From positions 263,052 to 327,051 of the forward strand of contig CAWAXD010000024.1 in NCBI GenBank assembly GCA_963785985.1: a stretch of DNA of 64,000 nucleotides, in the 5' to 3' direction. A program made the translations under genes and the position numbers. Below, piece after piece: positions 34,601-49,583 of the stretch. The notes below the pieces were generated by a model, which was not told the origin of the DNA, searched no databases, and was given only the letters and a program-made list of their open reading frames with translations. Position 1 is the first letter of the stretch. Every line of letters begins with the position of its first letter. The stretch comes from an uncultured delta proteobacterium. GTDB lineage: Bacteria > Myxococcota_A > UBA9160 > SMWR01.

Positions 34601-35520
34601 GGGCTGCGCCGTTCGGCGGCCGGCGGAGCCGAACCGGTGGGCTGCGAAGGAGCCGGAGCGATCGGAGCCGGCCCGGGCGGGGAAGCGAGCTCGCTCGGGT
34701 GGATCGCCGCCGCCAGCAGCGCGAGCGCGCGCTCGGGGTAGGGACCGGGGAGGGTCACTTCGGACGCGGGAATGCTGAGCACGCGCTGCGCCGCCACGGC
34801 GGGCAGCGATGGCCAGCGAGCCCAATAGGTTTGTGGAGCTTCGGGGTCGTCGCTGGCGTCGAGGATCAGCTCGGGCGCGGCCGCGATCAGCCACTCGAGA
34901 GACGCTCTCGGATAGGGATCTGCGAACACGTTCGCAAGATTATTGGCGCCTGCCGCGACCAGCATCGAGTCGATGAAGCTCCCGCGCCCGACCACATACA
35001 GAGGGTCGCGCTGGAGCACCAGCAGCGTGCGCACCGGCGGGAGGTTCCGGGTCGCGGCAGCGGTGGAGTCCCATGCGCTCCGAATCGTCTGCACCCGTTC
35101 GCGTGCGGCCTGCTCGCGTCCGACCCGCGCTCCGAGCGCTTCGATCGAGACCAGCAGCTCCGCGAGCGTGATGTTCGGGAGCTCGAGCACGCGGATGGAG
35201 AGCGCTTCGAGCCGCCCGCGCAGATCGCGCTGCTGGGCGCTCGGAACCAACACGACCAGGTCGGGCGCGAGCGCGAGGATCGCCTCGAGGCTCGGGTTGA
35301 AGAGGCCGCCGACGGCGGGCAGCCCGCGCACGGCGCTCTGCTGGCGCGCCGAGTAGTCGTCGACGCCGACGAGCTGCGCACCGGCGCCGAGCGCGATCAA
35401 CGTCGCCGTCAGCGAAGGATTCAGCGACACCACCCGGCGCGCGGGGGGCTCGGACGCCGCCGGCAGCGCGATCAGCGCGAGCACGAGCACGAGCGCGGCA
35501 GCCAGTGAGCGGGGGAGCAT
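34597..35520 (-). CDS. Periplasmic substrate-binding protein (BtuF/FhuD-like, class III)
   Basis: Signal peptide MLPRSLAAALVLVLALIALPAAS. RVVSLNPSLTATLIALGAGAQLVGVDDYS...PSLEAILALAPDLVV. Confidence 0.82.
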   Translation of the reverse strand: MLPRSLAAALVLVLALIALPAASEPPARRVVSLNPSLTATLIALGAGAQLVGVDDYSARQQSAVRGLPAVGGLFNPSLEAILALAPDLVVLVPSAQQRDLRGRLEALSIRVLELPNITLAELLVSIEALGARVGREQAARERVQTIRSAWDSTAAATRNLPPVRTLLVLQRDPLYVVGRGSFIDSMLVAAGANNLANVFADPYPRASLEWLIAAAPELILDASDDPEAPQTYWARWPSLPAVAAQRVLSIPASEVTLPGPYPERALALLAAAIHPSELASPPGPAPIAPAPSQPTGSAPPAAERRSP

Positions 35521-35564
35521 GGCGCAATTGGTATTTCGGACTCGCCCCGCCTGCCAGCGCGCAG

Positions 35565-35593
35565 GGCCGGCGGGCCCCGAGGACCCGCCGGCC
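35565..35593. terminator. 10-bp perfect GC hairpin between comEA and the ABC operon (possible terminator or processing site, no U-tract)
   Basis: ggccggcggg-ccccgagga-cccgccggcc. Confidence 0.3.
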
Positions 35594-35606
35594 GGCGTTC
35601 AACGCC

Positions 35607-35939
35607 TCACTGCGCCTGCGCCGTGGTCTTGCCGTCGAGCCGGACGAAGGGGCGCAGCCGCTCGAGCGCGGTGTCGCCGATTCCCTTCACGTCCTTCAGC
35701 TCGTCGACGCTCTTGAACCCGCCACGCTGCTTGCGCAGGCCGATCACCGCCTGCGCACGGGCCGCGCCGATGCCGGGCAGCAGCTGCAGCTCGTCGGCCG
35801 TGGCGGTGTTCAGGTTGACGACGCCCGTGAGCTGCGGCGGTGCGCCATCCGCCGGCGCCGAGAGCGCCGCGATGGCCACCGAGCAGCTCGCGAGCATGGC
35901 GAGGGCGAGCGCCCGCGCGACGCGCATTCGAACGAACAT
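35607..35939 (-). CDS. comEA: ComEA-family helix-hairpin-helix DNA-binding protein
   Basis: Signal peptide followed by VNLNTATADELQLLPGIGAARAQAVIGLRKQRGGFKSVDELKDVKGIGDTALERL. Confidence 0.88.
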   Translation of the reverse strand: MFVRMRVARALALAMLASCSVAIAALSAPADGAPPQLTGVVNLNTATADELQLLPGIGAARAQAVIGLRKQRGGFKSVDELKDVKGIGDTALERLRPFVRLDGKTTAQAQ

Positions 35940-35994
35940 GTTGCTGGTTCTCCCGGGACCGTCCGGGGCGAGATCGAGAAGGCGAGTTCATGGG

Positions 35995-36031
35995 CTTCGC
36001 TCGGCTGCGCCTCGCTGCGCGCTTCGCTTGC
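35995..36031 (-). repeat. Single inverted copy of the 48-bp repeat family, abutting the polyprenyl synthase stop codon
   Basis: The reverse complement gcaagcgaagcgcgcagcgaggcgcagccgagcgaag is identical over 37 nt to 32708..32744 (array unit 4). Confidence 0.9.
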
Positions 36032-36032
36032 C

Positions 36033-37073
36033 CTAGCGATCGCGGGCGACCGCGAAGTGCGCGGCCGCGAGCAGGTCCTCCTTGGCGCGATCGACGGAAA
36101 ACGGAGCGATCGCGGCGATCGCGCGGTCGCGGTGCAGCTCGGCGCGCCGGATCGTGTCCGCGACGCCGCGATAGCGCTCGATCGCGTCGAGCACCGGCGC
36201 CATCTCGAGGGCGCCGTCGGCAACGGGCTCCGCGCCGGGGTGCGCCGCGGCCAGCTCCGCGAGACGCGCGGCGCCCTTGAGCACGGAGGCGATCGCGTCG
36301 CGCTCGGCCGCGCTGCAGCGCTTGAGCGCCAGCAGCAGCGGCAGCGTGATCTTGCCTTCGCGCAGATCCGCGAAGGCCCGCTTGCCGAGCTCCGCCTCGC
36401 CGGCCTCGTAATCGAGCGCGTCGTCGCGCAGCTGGAAGGCGAGACCCAGCTCGCGGCCGTAATCGGCGAGCTTGCGCCGCTCGCCGCGTGTCACGCCGCC
36501 CAGGATCGAGCCCGCCTCGCAGGCCGCCGAGAGCAGCACGGCGCTCTTGTGCTCGATCACCGCGAAGTAGTGCGCTTCGGTGACGCTGGGATCGAAGCTC
36601 CGTTCGAGCTGTAACAGCTCACCTTCCGCCATCGAGCGGATCGTGGCGGCGAAGATCCACAAGATGTCCAGATCGCCATCCTCGACGATCATCGAGGACG
36701 CGCGCGCGTAGAAGAAGTCCCCCGCCAGCACCGCGCGCCGATTGCCCCACACGGCGTTCGCCGATGGCCGGCCGCGGCGCAATTCGGAGAGATCGACGAC
36801 GTCGTCGTGCAGCAGGGTGGCGGTGTGCAGCAGCTCGACCGCCGCGGCCACCTGGAAGCAACGCGGTCCGGTGTAGCCGCACAGCTCGGCGCTGAGCAGC
36901 AGCAGCGCGGGACGCACGCGCTTGCCGCCGGCGCCCAGCACGTGCTCGCCGAGCGTGCCGACGAGCCCGCTCGCCGAGCTGAGCTGCTCGTGCATCGCCC
37001 GCTCGACGAGCTCGAGGCTCGGCGCGAGACGGTCGATCGCAGCGGCAAAGCGGCGCAACGCGGGCTGCGTCAT
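36033..37073 (-). CDS. Polyprenyl diphosphate synthase (octaprenyl/heptaprenyl type)
   Basis: First DDxxD: LLHTATLLHDDVVD. Second: FQLRDDALDY. Also GKRVRPALLL. Confidence 0.88.
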   Translation of the reverse strand: MTQPALRRFAAAIDRLAPSLELVERAMHEQLSSASGLVGTLGEHVLGAGGKRVRPALLLLSAELCGYTGPRCFQVAAAVELLHTATLLHDDVVDLSELRRGRPSANAVWGNRRAVLAGDFFYARASSMIVEDGDLDILWIFAATIRSMAEGELLQLERSFDPSVTEAHYFAVIEHKSAVLLSAACEAGSILGGVTRGERRKLADYGRELGLAFQLRDDALDYEAGEAELGKRAFADLREGKITLPLLLALKRCSAAERDAIASVLKGAARLAELAAAHPGAEPVADGALEMAPVLDAIERYRGVADTIRRAELHRDRAIAAIAPFSVDRAKEDLLAAAHFAVARDR

Positions 37074-37147
37074 GGGCGGCCAAGCTAGCCAGACGGACGC
37101 CGTCTGTCAAAAGCAGGGAAGGAAAAAACGCTAGTTATTCCAGAGAG

Positions 37148-38554
37148 TTAACCGTTGTTCACCGTTGTGTGAACGCGCGCGCTCGCGCGCAGCCACGCCA
37201 CGGCGTCCGCGACCTCGCCCACTTCGATCGCCTCGACTCCAGCCAGCCCGCGGGTTTGCGTGCCCTCCGGCACGAGCACGCGGCGAAAGCCGAGACGCGC
37301 GGCCTCGCGCACGCGCAGCTCCGTGCGCGCGATGCGCCGCACCTCGCCGCCCAGCCCGATCTCGCCGCACGCGGCGACGTCTGCGGGCAGGGGGATCTCG
37401 AGTCGGCTCGACGCGATTGCGAGCGCGAGCGCGAGATCGGCGCCCGGCTCGACCACGCGCACGCCTCCCGCCACGTTCACGTAGACGTCGCGCGACGCCA
37501 GATCGACGCCACCGCGCCGGTCGAGCACGGCGAGCAGCAGCGCCAGGCGTCCATCGTCGATGCCGATGCAGGTGCGGCGCGCCGTGCCGTAGCCCGCCGG
37601 CGCCACCAGCGCCTGCAGCTCCAACAAGATCGGGCGCGTTCCCTCGACGAGCGGCGCGATGCACGAGCCCGGCGCGCCGGTGCGCCGCTGCGCCAGGAAC
37701 AGCTCGCTCGGATTCGCGACGCCCTCGAGGCCCGCCTCCGTCATGCGGAAGACGCCCACCTCCTGCGTCGAGCCGAAGCGGTTCTTGCTGGCGCGCAGCA
37801 GGCGGAAGGCCTGCCCGCGATCACCTTCGAAGCCGAGCACGACGTCGACCAGGTGCTCGAGCACGCGCGGTCCCGCGAGCGTGCCCTCCTTGGTGACGTG
37901 ACCGATCAGGATCAGCGCGGCGCCGGAGGCCTTGGCCGTCGCCGCGAGCAGCGCCGCCGACTCACGCACCTGCGCGACCGAGCCGGGCGCGGACTCGACG
38001 CGATCGGTGGCGAGCGTCTGGATCGAATCGACGAGCACGACGGCCGGCGCGAGCGCGCGCCACGGCTCGACGAGCGCTTCGACGCGCGTCTCCGCCAGCA
38101 CGAAGGCCTGCTCGGGAACCACCGGCAGGCGCTGCGCTCGCAAGCGGAGCTGCTCCGGGCTCTCTTCGCCGGTCACGTACAGGAAGGGCCCGAGAGCCTG
38201 GAGGCCGGCCGCGAGCTGGAGCGCGAGCGTGCTCTTGCCGACGCCCGGCTCGCCCCCGAGCAGCACGACGCTGCCGGGCACCAGTCCGCCGCCGAGCACG
38301 CGATCGAGCTCGGCGATTCCGGTGGCTCGCCGCGGCGTCGCAGAGGCCTCGATCTCGCGGAGTTGACGCGGCTTCGCGCCCCCGCCCACACCCGGCTCGA
38401 CGCGCAACAGATCGCGCGGCGCGCCCCCGCCCGCGCCTGCGGAAGCCTCCTCGACGAGCGTCGACCAGGCCCCGCATTCGGGGCAGCGACCGAGCCAGCG
38501 CGGCTGCTGAGCGCCACAGCTGGTGCAGGCATAGACCGAACGCGCGCGAGCCAC
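37148..38554 (-). CDS. radA: DNA repair protein RadA/Sms
   Basis: Zinc finger YACTSCGAQQPRWLGRCPECGAWS, Walker A GGEPGVGKST, KNRFG and a Lon-like C-terminal domain. GTG at 38554 is preferred because the ATG at 38641 would overlap the putative bioB promoter. Confidence 0.88.
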   Translation of the reverse strand: MARARSVYACTSCGAQQPRWLGRCPECGAWSTLVEEASAGAGGGAPRDLLRVEPGVGGGAKPRQLREIEASATPRRATGIAELDRVLGGGLVPGSVVLLGGEPGVGKSTLALQLAAGLQALGPFLYVTGEESPEQLRLRAQRLPVVPEQAFVLAETRVEALVEPWRALAPAVVLVDSIQTLATDRVESAPGSVAQVRESAALLAATAKASGAALILIGHVTKEGTLAGPRVLEHLVDVVLGFEGDRGQAFRLLRASKNRFGSTQEVGVFRMTEAGLEGVANPSELFLAQRRTGAPGSCIAPLVEGTRPILLELQALVAPAGYGTARRTCIGIDDGRLALLLAVLDRRGGVDLASRDVYVNVAGGVRVVEPGADLALALAIASSRLEIPLPADVAACGEIGLGGEVRRIARTELRVREAARLGFRRVLVPEGTQTRGLAGVEAIEVGEVADAVAWLRASARVHTTVNNG

Positions 38555-38604
38555 GGGCGCGGATGCTAACGGAACCTGCTGTCGACCGCGTTGGTGAACT
38601 CTGG

Positions 38605-38634
38605 TTGACAGGTCTTCAGGGCGCTGATTAGGCT
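38605..38634 (+). promoter_or_regulatory. Sigma70-type promoter candidate for bioBFD
   Basis: TTGACA (38605-38610), an 18-nt spacer, then TAGGCT (38629-38634). It lies about 35 nt upstream of GTG 38670, which has a GAGGGAGG RBS. Confidence 0.4.
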
Positions 38635-38669
38635 CTCGCACCCTGGCATTCCGCCGCGAGGGAGGCGCC

Positions 38670-39746
38670 GTGCTCGATCGTTATTCCCGTCTCGCCCAGT
38701 CCGCCTTGCGCGACGAGCCGCCGAGCGAGGCGGAAGCGCTGAGCCTGCTCGACGCTCACGACAGCGAGCTGCTGCCGCTGCTGCACGCCGCCTTCGTGCC
38801 GCGCGAACGCCACTTCGGGCGCAAGGTGATGGTGCACGTGCTCAACAACGTGCAGAACGGTCTGTGCCCCGAGGATTGCGGCTACTGCTCGCAATCGCGC
38901 GATTCGAGCGCGGCGATCCGCAAGTACCCGATGAAATCCGACGCCGAGATCCTGGCCGGCGCGGAGAGCGCCGCGCGCGCGGGCGCCACGCGTTACTGCA
39001 TGGTGCTCTCCGGCCGCGGCCCGACGCTCGAGCGCACGCGCCGGCTCGGCGAGCTGATCCGGCTGGTGAAGCAGCGCTATCCGATCGAGGTGTGTCTCTC
39101 GGTCGGCCTGCTAGAGGAGGAGCACGCCCGCATCCTCGCCGACGCCGGCCTCGACCGCTTGAATCACAACCTGAACACCAGCGAGTCGCACTATCCGGAG
39201 ATCTGCTCGACGCATGACTACGCGGATCGCGTGAACACGCTGCTCGCGGCCAAGAAGTGCGGCATCGAGCCGTGCAGCGGCATGATCCTGGGCATGGGCG
39301 AGCGCAGCCAGGACGTCGTCGAGGTCGCCTTCAAGCTGCGCGAGCTCGAGGTGCCCTCGATCCCGGTGAACTTCCTGATCCCGATCGATGGCAACCCCGT
39401 GAAGTCGGACGGCTCGCTCACACCCGAGCGCGGTCTGCGCGCGCTCGCGCTGATGCGGCTGGTGAACCCGCGCGCCGAGATCCGGGTCGCCGCGGGACGC
39501 GAGGGACATCTGCGCGGACTCGCGCCGCTCGCTCTCTGGCCGGCGAATTCGCTGTTCGTCGAGGGCTATCTGACGACGCGGGGCGACGCCGTCGCGGAGA
39601 CCTATCGCATGATCCACGACGCGGGCTTCGAGGTCGACGGCAACCCGCTCTCGCGTTCGCTCGCCGCCGACGGCGAAGCGGCGGCCGGCGGCTTCCGACT
39701 CGCGGGGGGCGACGGCGAGATCCTGCGCCCCGAGGTCCGCCGGTGA
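38670..39746 (+). CDS. bioB: Biotin synthase
   Basis: Radical-SAM CPEDCGYC. ...YCMVLSGRG...NHNLNTS...CSGMILGMGE. Confidence 0.92.
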   Translation: MLDRYSRLAQSALRDEPPSEAEALSLLDAHDSELLPLLHAAFVPRERHFGRKVMVHVLNNVQNGLCPEDCGYCSQSRDSSAAIRKYPMKSDAEILAGAESAARAGATRYCMVLSGRGPTLERTRRLGELIRLVKQRYPIEVCLSVGLLEEEHARILADAGLDRLNHNLNTSESHYPEICSTHDYADRVNTLLAAKKCGIEPCSGMILGMGERSQDVVEVAFKLRELEVPSIPVNFLIPIDGNPVKSDGSLTPERGLRALALMRLVNPRAEIRVAAGREGHLRGLAPLALWPANSLFVEGYLTTRGDAVAETYRMIHDAGFEVDGNPLSRSLAADGEAAAGGFRLAGGDGEILRPEVRR

Positions 39747-40918
39747 GTCTCGACGCGTTCGCGCGCGAGCGGCTCGAGCAGCTGCGCGCACGCGGCACGC
39801 ATCGGCGCCTGCGGGTCCTCGACGGCGCACAGGCGCCGCGCATGACGGTCGAGGGTCGCGAGGTGCTGCTGTTCGCGGGCAGCAACTACCTCGACCTCGC
39901 GCACCACCCGGAAGTGGTCGAAGCGGGCGTGCGCGCGACGCGCGATCTCGGCTGTGCGGCCGGCGGCTCGCGCCTGATCAATGGCAACCTGCGCCTGCAC
40001 GAGGAGCTCGAGGAAGAGCTCGCAAAATTCCTCGGGACCGACGCCGCGCTCAGCTTCGCGACGGGCTACATGGCGAACGTGGGTCTGATCCCGGCGCTCG
40101 TCGGCGACGAGGATGTGATCGTTTCCGACGCGCTCGCTCACGCGTCGATCATCGACGGCTGCCGCCTCTCGCGCGCGTCCGTTCGCGTGTTCGCGCACGG
40201 CGATCTGGGCGCGCTCGAAGCGACGCTGCGCGAGGTCGCTTCGACCGCTCGCCGCGTATTGCTCACGCTCGACGGCGTCTACAGCATGGATGGCGACGTC
40301 GCGCCGCTCGCCGAGGCGGTGGCGCTCGCGCGCCGCTACGGCGCGCTCGTGCTGGTCGACGACGCGCACGGCACGGGCACGCTCGGCGCGAACGGCCGCG
40401 GCACGCCGGAGCACTGCGGCGTGCGCGAGGGCATCGACGTCCTCGTCGGCACGCTCGGCAAGGCGCTCGGCAGCTTCGGCGCCTTCGTGGCCGGGAGCCG
40501 CCTGCTGCGCGAGCTGCTCGTCAACGAAGCGCGCAGCTTCATCTTCAGCTGCGCGCTCGCACCGGGACCGGTGGCGTCGGCGCGCGCCTCGCTCGCGCTC
40601 GTGCAGCGCGAGCCGTGGCGACGGCAGCAGCTACAGCGCGCCGCGCAGCGATTGCGCGCCGCGCTCGCCGGCCATGGCATCTCGACGGCGCCGAGCACGA
40701 CCCAGATCGTGCCCGTCGTGATCGGCGAGAGCGCGCGCACGATGCGCGTGTGCGAGCGCCTGCTCGAGCGCGGCTTCTACACGCAGGGCATCCGCTACCC
40801 CTCGGTTCCCGAAGGCACGGCGCGCTTGCGCATCACGCCGATGGCAAGTCATTTGGACGCCGAGATCGATGCGCTGGCGCAGGCGGTCGCGGAAGAGATC
40901 GCGGCCAGCGCCGCGTAG
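39743..40918 (+). CDS. bioF: 8-amino-7-oxononanoate synthase
   Basis: GTGA overlap with bioB. LLFAGSNYLDLAHHP...GGSRLINGN...DALAHASIIDG...DGVYSMDGD...VDDAHGTG...GTLGKALGSFG (PLP Lys). Confidence 0.92.
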   Translation: MSLDAFARERLEQLRARGTHRRLRVLDGAQAPRMTVEGREVLLFAGSNYLDLAHHPEVVEAGVRATRDLGCAAGGSRLINGNLRLHEELEEELAKFLGTDAALSFATGYMANVGLIPALVGDEDVIVSDALAHASIIDGCRLSRASVRVFAHGDLGALEATLREVASTARRVLLTLDGVYSMDGDVAPLAEAVALARRYGALVLVDDAHGTGTLGANGRGTPEHCGVREGIDVLVGTLGKALGSFGAFVAGSRLLRELLVNEARSFIFSCALAPGPVASARASLALVQREPWRRQQLQRAAQRLRAALAGHGISTAPSTTQIVPVVIGESARTMRVCERLLERGFYTQGIRYPSVPEGTARLRITPMASHLDAEIDALAQAVAEEIAASAA

Positions 40919-42795
<1,877 letters not shown>

Positions 42796-42875
42796 GGCGG
42801 GCCCGATTCTATCCGAGGCCGGGAGATCTCCCCCTAAAGCGCGGTCAAGTACCCGCCGATGCAGGGGGATTCGAG

Positions 42876-43451
42876 GTGCACACGGTGCCGATCGAAGAGG
42901 ATTTCAAGATCCTCGAAGCCAAGATGCTCCAGCTCAAGCTGGACTATGACCAGTATTTCCTCGGCAGCCGCCCGCGCGAGCCGGTGATGTTGCGCGGCGA
43001 AGTGCAGAAGATGATCAACATCTATTCGAACCAGGCGATCCAGAACACCGCCCTGCGCTTCAAGTTCGGGAGCATCTGTTCGCGCTATCAGGCCTTCAAG
43101 CGCCAGTGGACCGAGGTGCTGCGCCAGATCGAGGCGGGGACGTACTCGCGACACCGCTTCAAGGCCGAGCTGCACGAGCGCGAGCGGGGCGAACCGGCCG
43201 CCGAGCCGTCGGCCGCCAAAGGCAAGACGAAGCCGACCGGCGCGGCGTCCGATGCGCTCTACCAGGCCTACGTGGAAGCTTGTCGCAGCTGCGGCCAGGA
43301 CGTGAAGGGACTCACGCCCGCGAAGCTCGACGGCATCCTCGCGAAGCAGCGCGAGCAGCTGCGCGAGAAATTCGGCGACGCGGCGTTCTCGTTCAAGGTC
43401 GCCGTCGAAGGCGGGAAGGCGAAGCTGAAGGCGACCCGCGCGAAGGCGTGA
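42876..43451 (+). CDS. Conserved hypothetical protein (resembles the myxobacterial MXAN_5187-type family from memory)
   Basis: Codon usage is coherent. MLQLKLDYDQYFLGSRPREPVMLRGEVQKMINIYSNQAIQNTALRFKFGSICSRYQAFKRQW. I recognise no catalytic motifs. Confidence 0.55.
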   Translation: MHTVPIEEDFKILEAKMLQLKLDYDQYFLGSRPREPVMLRGEVQKMINIYSNQAIQNTALRFKFGSICSRYQAFKRQWTEVLRQIEAGTYSRHRFKAELHERERGEPAAEPSAAKGKTKPTGAASDALYQAYVEACRSCGQDVKGLTPAKLDGILAKQREQLREKFGDAAFSFKVAVEGGKAKLKATRAKA

Positions 43452-43454
43452 AGC

Positions 43455-43724
43455 TCAGCGTTTCGCAGCGTCGGCGAATGCGCAGGACGTGACCATCACC
43501 ACGACCTCGCTCCCGCTCACGTCGGCGAAGCCCTCGGAGATCGTCGCCTTGCGCGTGCCGGCCGAGGTCTTGATCTCGACCTCGCCCTGGCGCAGCGCCG
43601 TCAGCAGCCGCTCGTGCTGCGGCAGCACGCCGAAATCGCCCTCGGAGCCCGGCAGCACGACGGCTTCGATCGGCCCGTGGAAGGCCTCGCCCTGCGGCGT
43701 CACGATGGTGAGCTCGAGCGACAT
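43455..43724 (-). CDS. atpC: F1 ATP synthase epsilon subunit, short form (89 aa, beta-sandwich domain only)
   Basis: MSLELTIVTPQGEAFHGPIEAVVLPGSEGDFGVLPQHERLLTALRQGEVEIK.... The stop lies 3 nt from the convergent gene's stop, leaving no room for the C-terminal helical hairpin. Confidence 0.85.
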   Translation of the reverse strand: MSLELTIVTPQGEAFHGPIEAVVLPGSEGDFGVLPQHERLLTALRQGEVEIKTSAGTRKATISEGFADVSGSEVVVMVTSCAFADAAKR

Positions 43725-43730
43725 CCTTCC

Positions 43731-46045
<2,315 letters not shown>

Positions 46046-46046
46046 G

Positions 46047-47594
<1,548 letters not shown>

Positions 47595-47666
47595 CGATCC
47601 TCGTCTTTCGTGATTGCGCTGCCGGTCGGTCGCCAGGACCGCCGGCTCGCGTTCGATTGCCTCGGG

Positions 47667-48195
47667 TCAGACTTCCGTGGAGCTGCGCGAGCTGCGTGCG
47701 AAGGCTCCCGTCGAACACCACACCCGCGACGCTCGCGACGGCCCCGCCCAGCAGCGACGGATCGACGCGCTCCGAGAGCTCGACCTGCTTGCCGGTGCGC
47801 ACGGCGAGCGCGCGCCGCAGCCGCTCGCGCTGCTCCTCGCGCAGCGGTGTCGCCGACACGACTTCCGCGCGCACGCGCCCGCCGCCACGTCGGCCAGCCG
47901 GCCGAACTCGTCGCAGATCGCGTCGAAATCCACCAGGCGCCGGCGATCCACGAGCAGGCGCAGGAAATTTGCGACCGTGCGGCTCGAGCCGAGTTTCGTG
48001 CACACGGCGCCGAGCACCGCGCGGCGCTCGCCCGCCGGATGCAGCGGTCGGAAGATCGCGTGGTGCAGCTCCTGGTTCTCGTTGAACTGGCGGCGCAGAT
48101 CCGCGAGCTCGCTGCGCACGGCAGCCACCCGGCCTTCCTCACCGGCCAGCGAAGAGGGCGCGCGCATAGCGCCGGGCCGCGGCGGTCGAGTGCAT
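47667..48195 (-). pseudogene. atpH: F1 ATP synthase delta (OSCP) subunit, split by three frameshifts (near 48152, 47878 and 47683)
   Basis: MHSTAAARRYARAL | SLAGEEGRVAAVRSELADLRRQFNENQELHHAIFRPLHPAGERRAVLGAV...FGRLADVAA | GRVRAEVVSATPLREEQRERLRRALAVRTGKQVELSERVDPSLLGGAVASVAGVVFDGSLRTQLAQL | TEV*. Confidence 0.8.
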
Positions 48196-48201
48196 CGCCG
48201 T

Positions 48202-48801
48202 CTACCGGCCCGCTCGGGGACGCGCGCCGTCCGACGCGGGCGCGCTCTCGATGGTCCGGACGAATTCATCGAGCAGACGGTCCTGGTCGGCGGCGGTGAC
48301 CTGCCGCTTCAGCGTCTCCGACGCCAGCTCGACCGCGAGCTGGGCCGCTTCCTGGCGCAGCTGGGCGCGGGCGCGCCGCAGCTCCTGATCGACCGCGGCG
48401 CTCGCATCGCGCCGGATGCGCTCGGCGGCGGCCGTGGCGTCGGCGAGGATGTGCTCGCGCTCCGCAGCCGCCCGCTCGCGCGCCGTCGTGCGAATGCCGG
48501 CGAGCTCGCTCTCGAGATCGATCAGGCGCCGCTGCCACTGGGCGTAGCGCGCTTCCGCTTCCGCGCGCAGATCGGCCGCGGCCTTGAGATCGAGCTGGAT
48601 CGCCGAGCGGCGATCGGCAAAAAAATCGGCCAGCGGCTTGCGCGTGAAATACACGAGCACGCCGAGCAGCAGCGCGAGATTGAACGCCGACCAGAGCAGC
48701 CCGCGGATGCCACCGCCGTGCCCGTCGCTCTCGGCGTACGCCGGCAGCGCGACGAGCAGCAACGCGAAGCTCGCGAGCGTCGTGAGAACACGCCGCGTCA
48801 T
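48202..48801 (-). CDS. atpF: F0 ATP synthase subunit b
   Basis: A single N-terminal TM helix (LLWSAFNLALLLGVLVYF), then a long charged coiled coil. Operon position is immediately upstream of atpH. Confidence 0.82.
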   Translation of the reverse strand: MTRRVLTTLASFALLLVALPAYAESDGHGGGIRGLLWSAFNLALLLGVLVYFTRKPLADFFADRRSAIQLDLKAAADLRAEAEARYAQWQRRLIDLESELAGIRTTARERAAAEREHILADATAAAERIRRDASAAVDQELRRARAQLRQEAAQLAVELASETLKRQVTAADQDRLLDEFVRTIESAPASDGARPRAGR

Positions 48802-49325
48802 CAGGAGACCACCCGACCGAGCACGCGGGATGCGGCCTCGCGCGCGAGCGGCTCGGCTTCGGCGCGCAGCTTCGTGCGCGCCTCGGCGAGCGCGGCGGAT
48901 ACGTCGTGCCGCGCGCGCTCGATCTCGCGCTCCGCGCCCGCGCGCGCTTCGGCGGTGCGCGCGGCGGTCTCGCTGCGCGCGCTCGCCAGCTCTGCGCGCC
49001 GCGCCTGTTCGGCTTCGATCCGCACGTCGTTCACGGCTTGCTCGTATTTGGCGAGGATCTCGTCGGCGCTCGCCGCGAGCTTCTCGGCGCGTTCGCGGGT
49101 GCCGGTGGTGCGATCGACGCGCAGATCGAGAGCGCGCAGGAGCGGGCGAAACAAGAGCGCGTTGACGGGTACGATCAGCGCCGCGAAGAGCGCGATCATG
49201 ACGACGAGCATCAGGGGATCGGGCCACAGCACGATGCCGCCCTCGGCGGCCGAGGCGGTGCCGGTCGTGAGCAGCAGCACCGCGAGCGTGGCGGCGGGGA
49301 GTCCGGGCCGGGAATCGCGGTGCAT
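48801..49325 (-). CDS. F0 ATP synthase subunit b'
   Basis: TM helix PLMLVVMIALFAALIVPVNALLF, then a coiled coil. This is the second b-type gene, directly upstream of atpF. Confidence 0.78.
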   Translation of the reverse strand: MHRDSRPGLPAATLAVLLLTTGTASAAEGGIVLWPDPLMLVVMIALFAALIVPVNALLFRPLLRALDLRVDRTTGTRERAEKLAASADEILAKYEQAVNDVRIEAEQARRAELASARSETAARTAEARAGAEREIERARHDVSAALAEARTKLRAEAEPLAREAASRVLGRVVS

Positions 49326-49583
49326 CGATGCCAGTCGCTCCGAGCTTTTCGGCGTTCCGCCGCGAGTCCATCCGCGGCGCGGTCACGCGCGCCGTCTGGC
49401 GATTCTTGCCCTGCGCGAATGGCGACGGGCGCCTTCGGCGCGGGGCCTGCCGGATCCGCGCTGCGAGACAGCCCCCCGAGCGTCGGGGTGGGTAGCTGCG
49501 AAGCCGCGAGAACCCGGGCTGCCGGATCGCAACGCGAAGCGCCGGCGATGAGGGGCGGAATTCTTACATAGCCGCAGCGAAGT

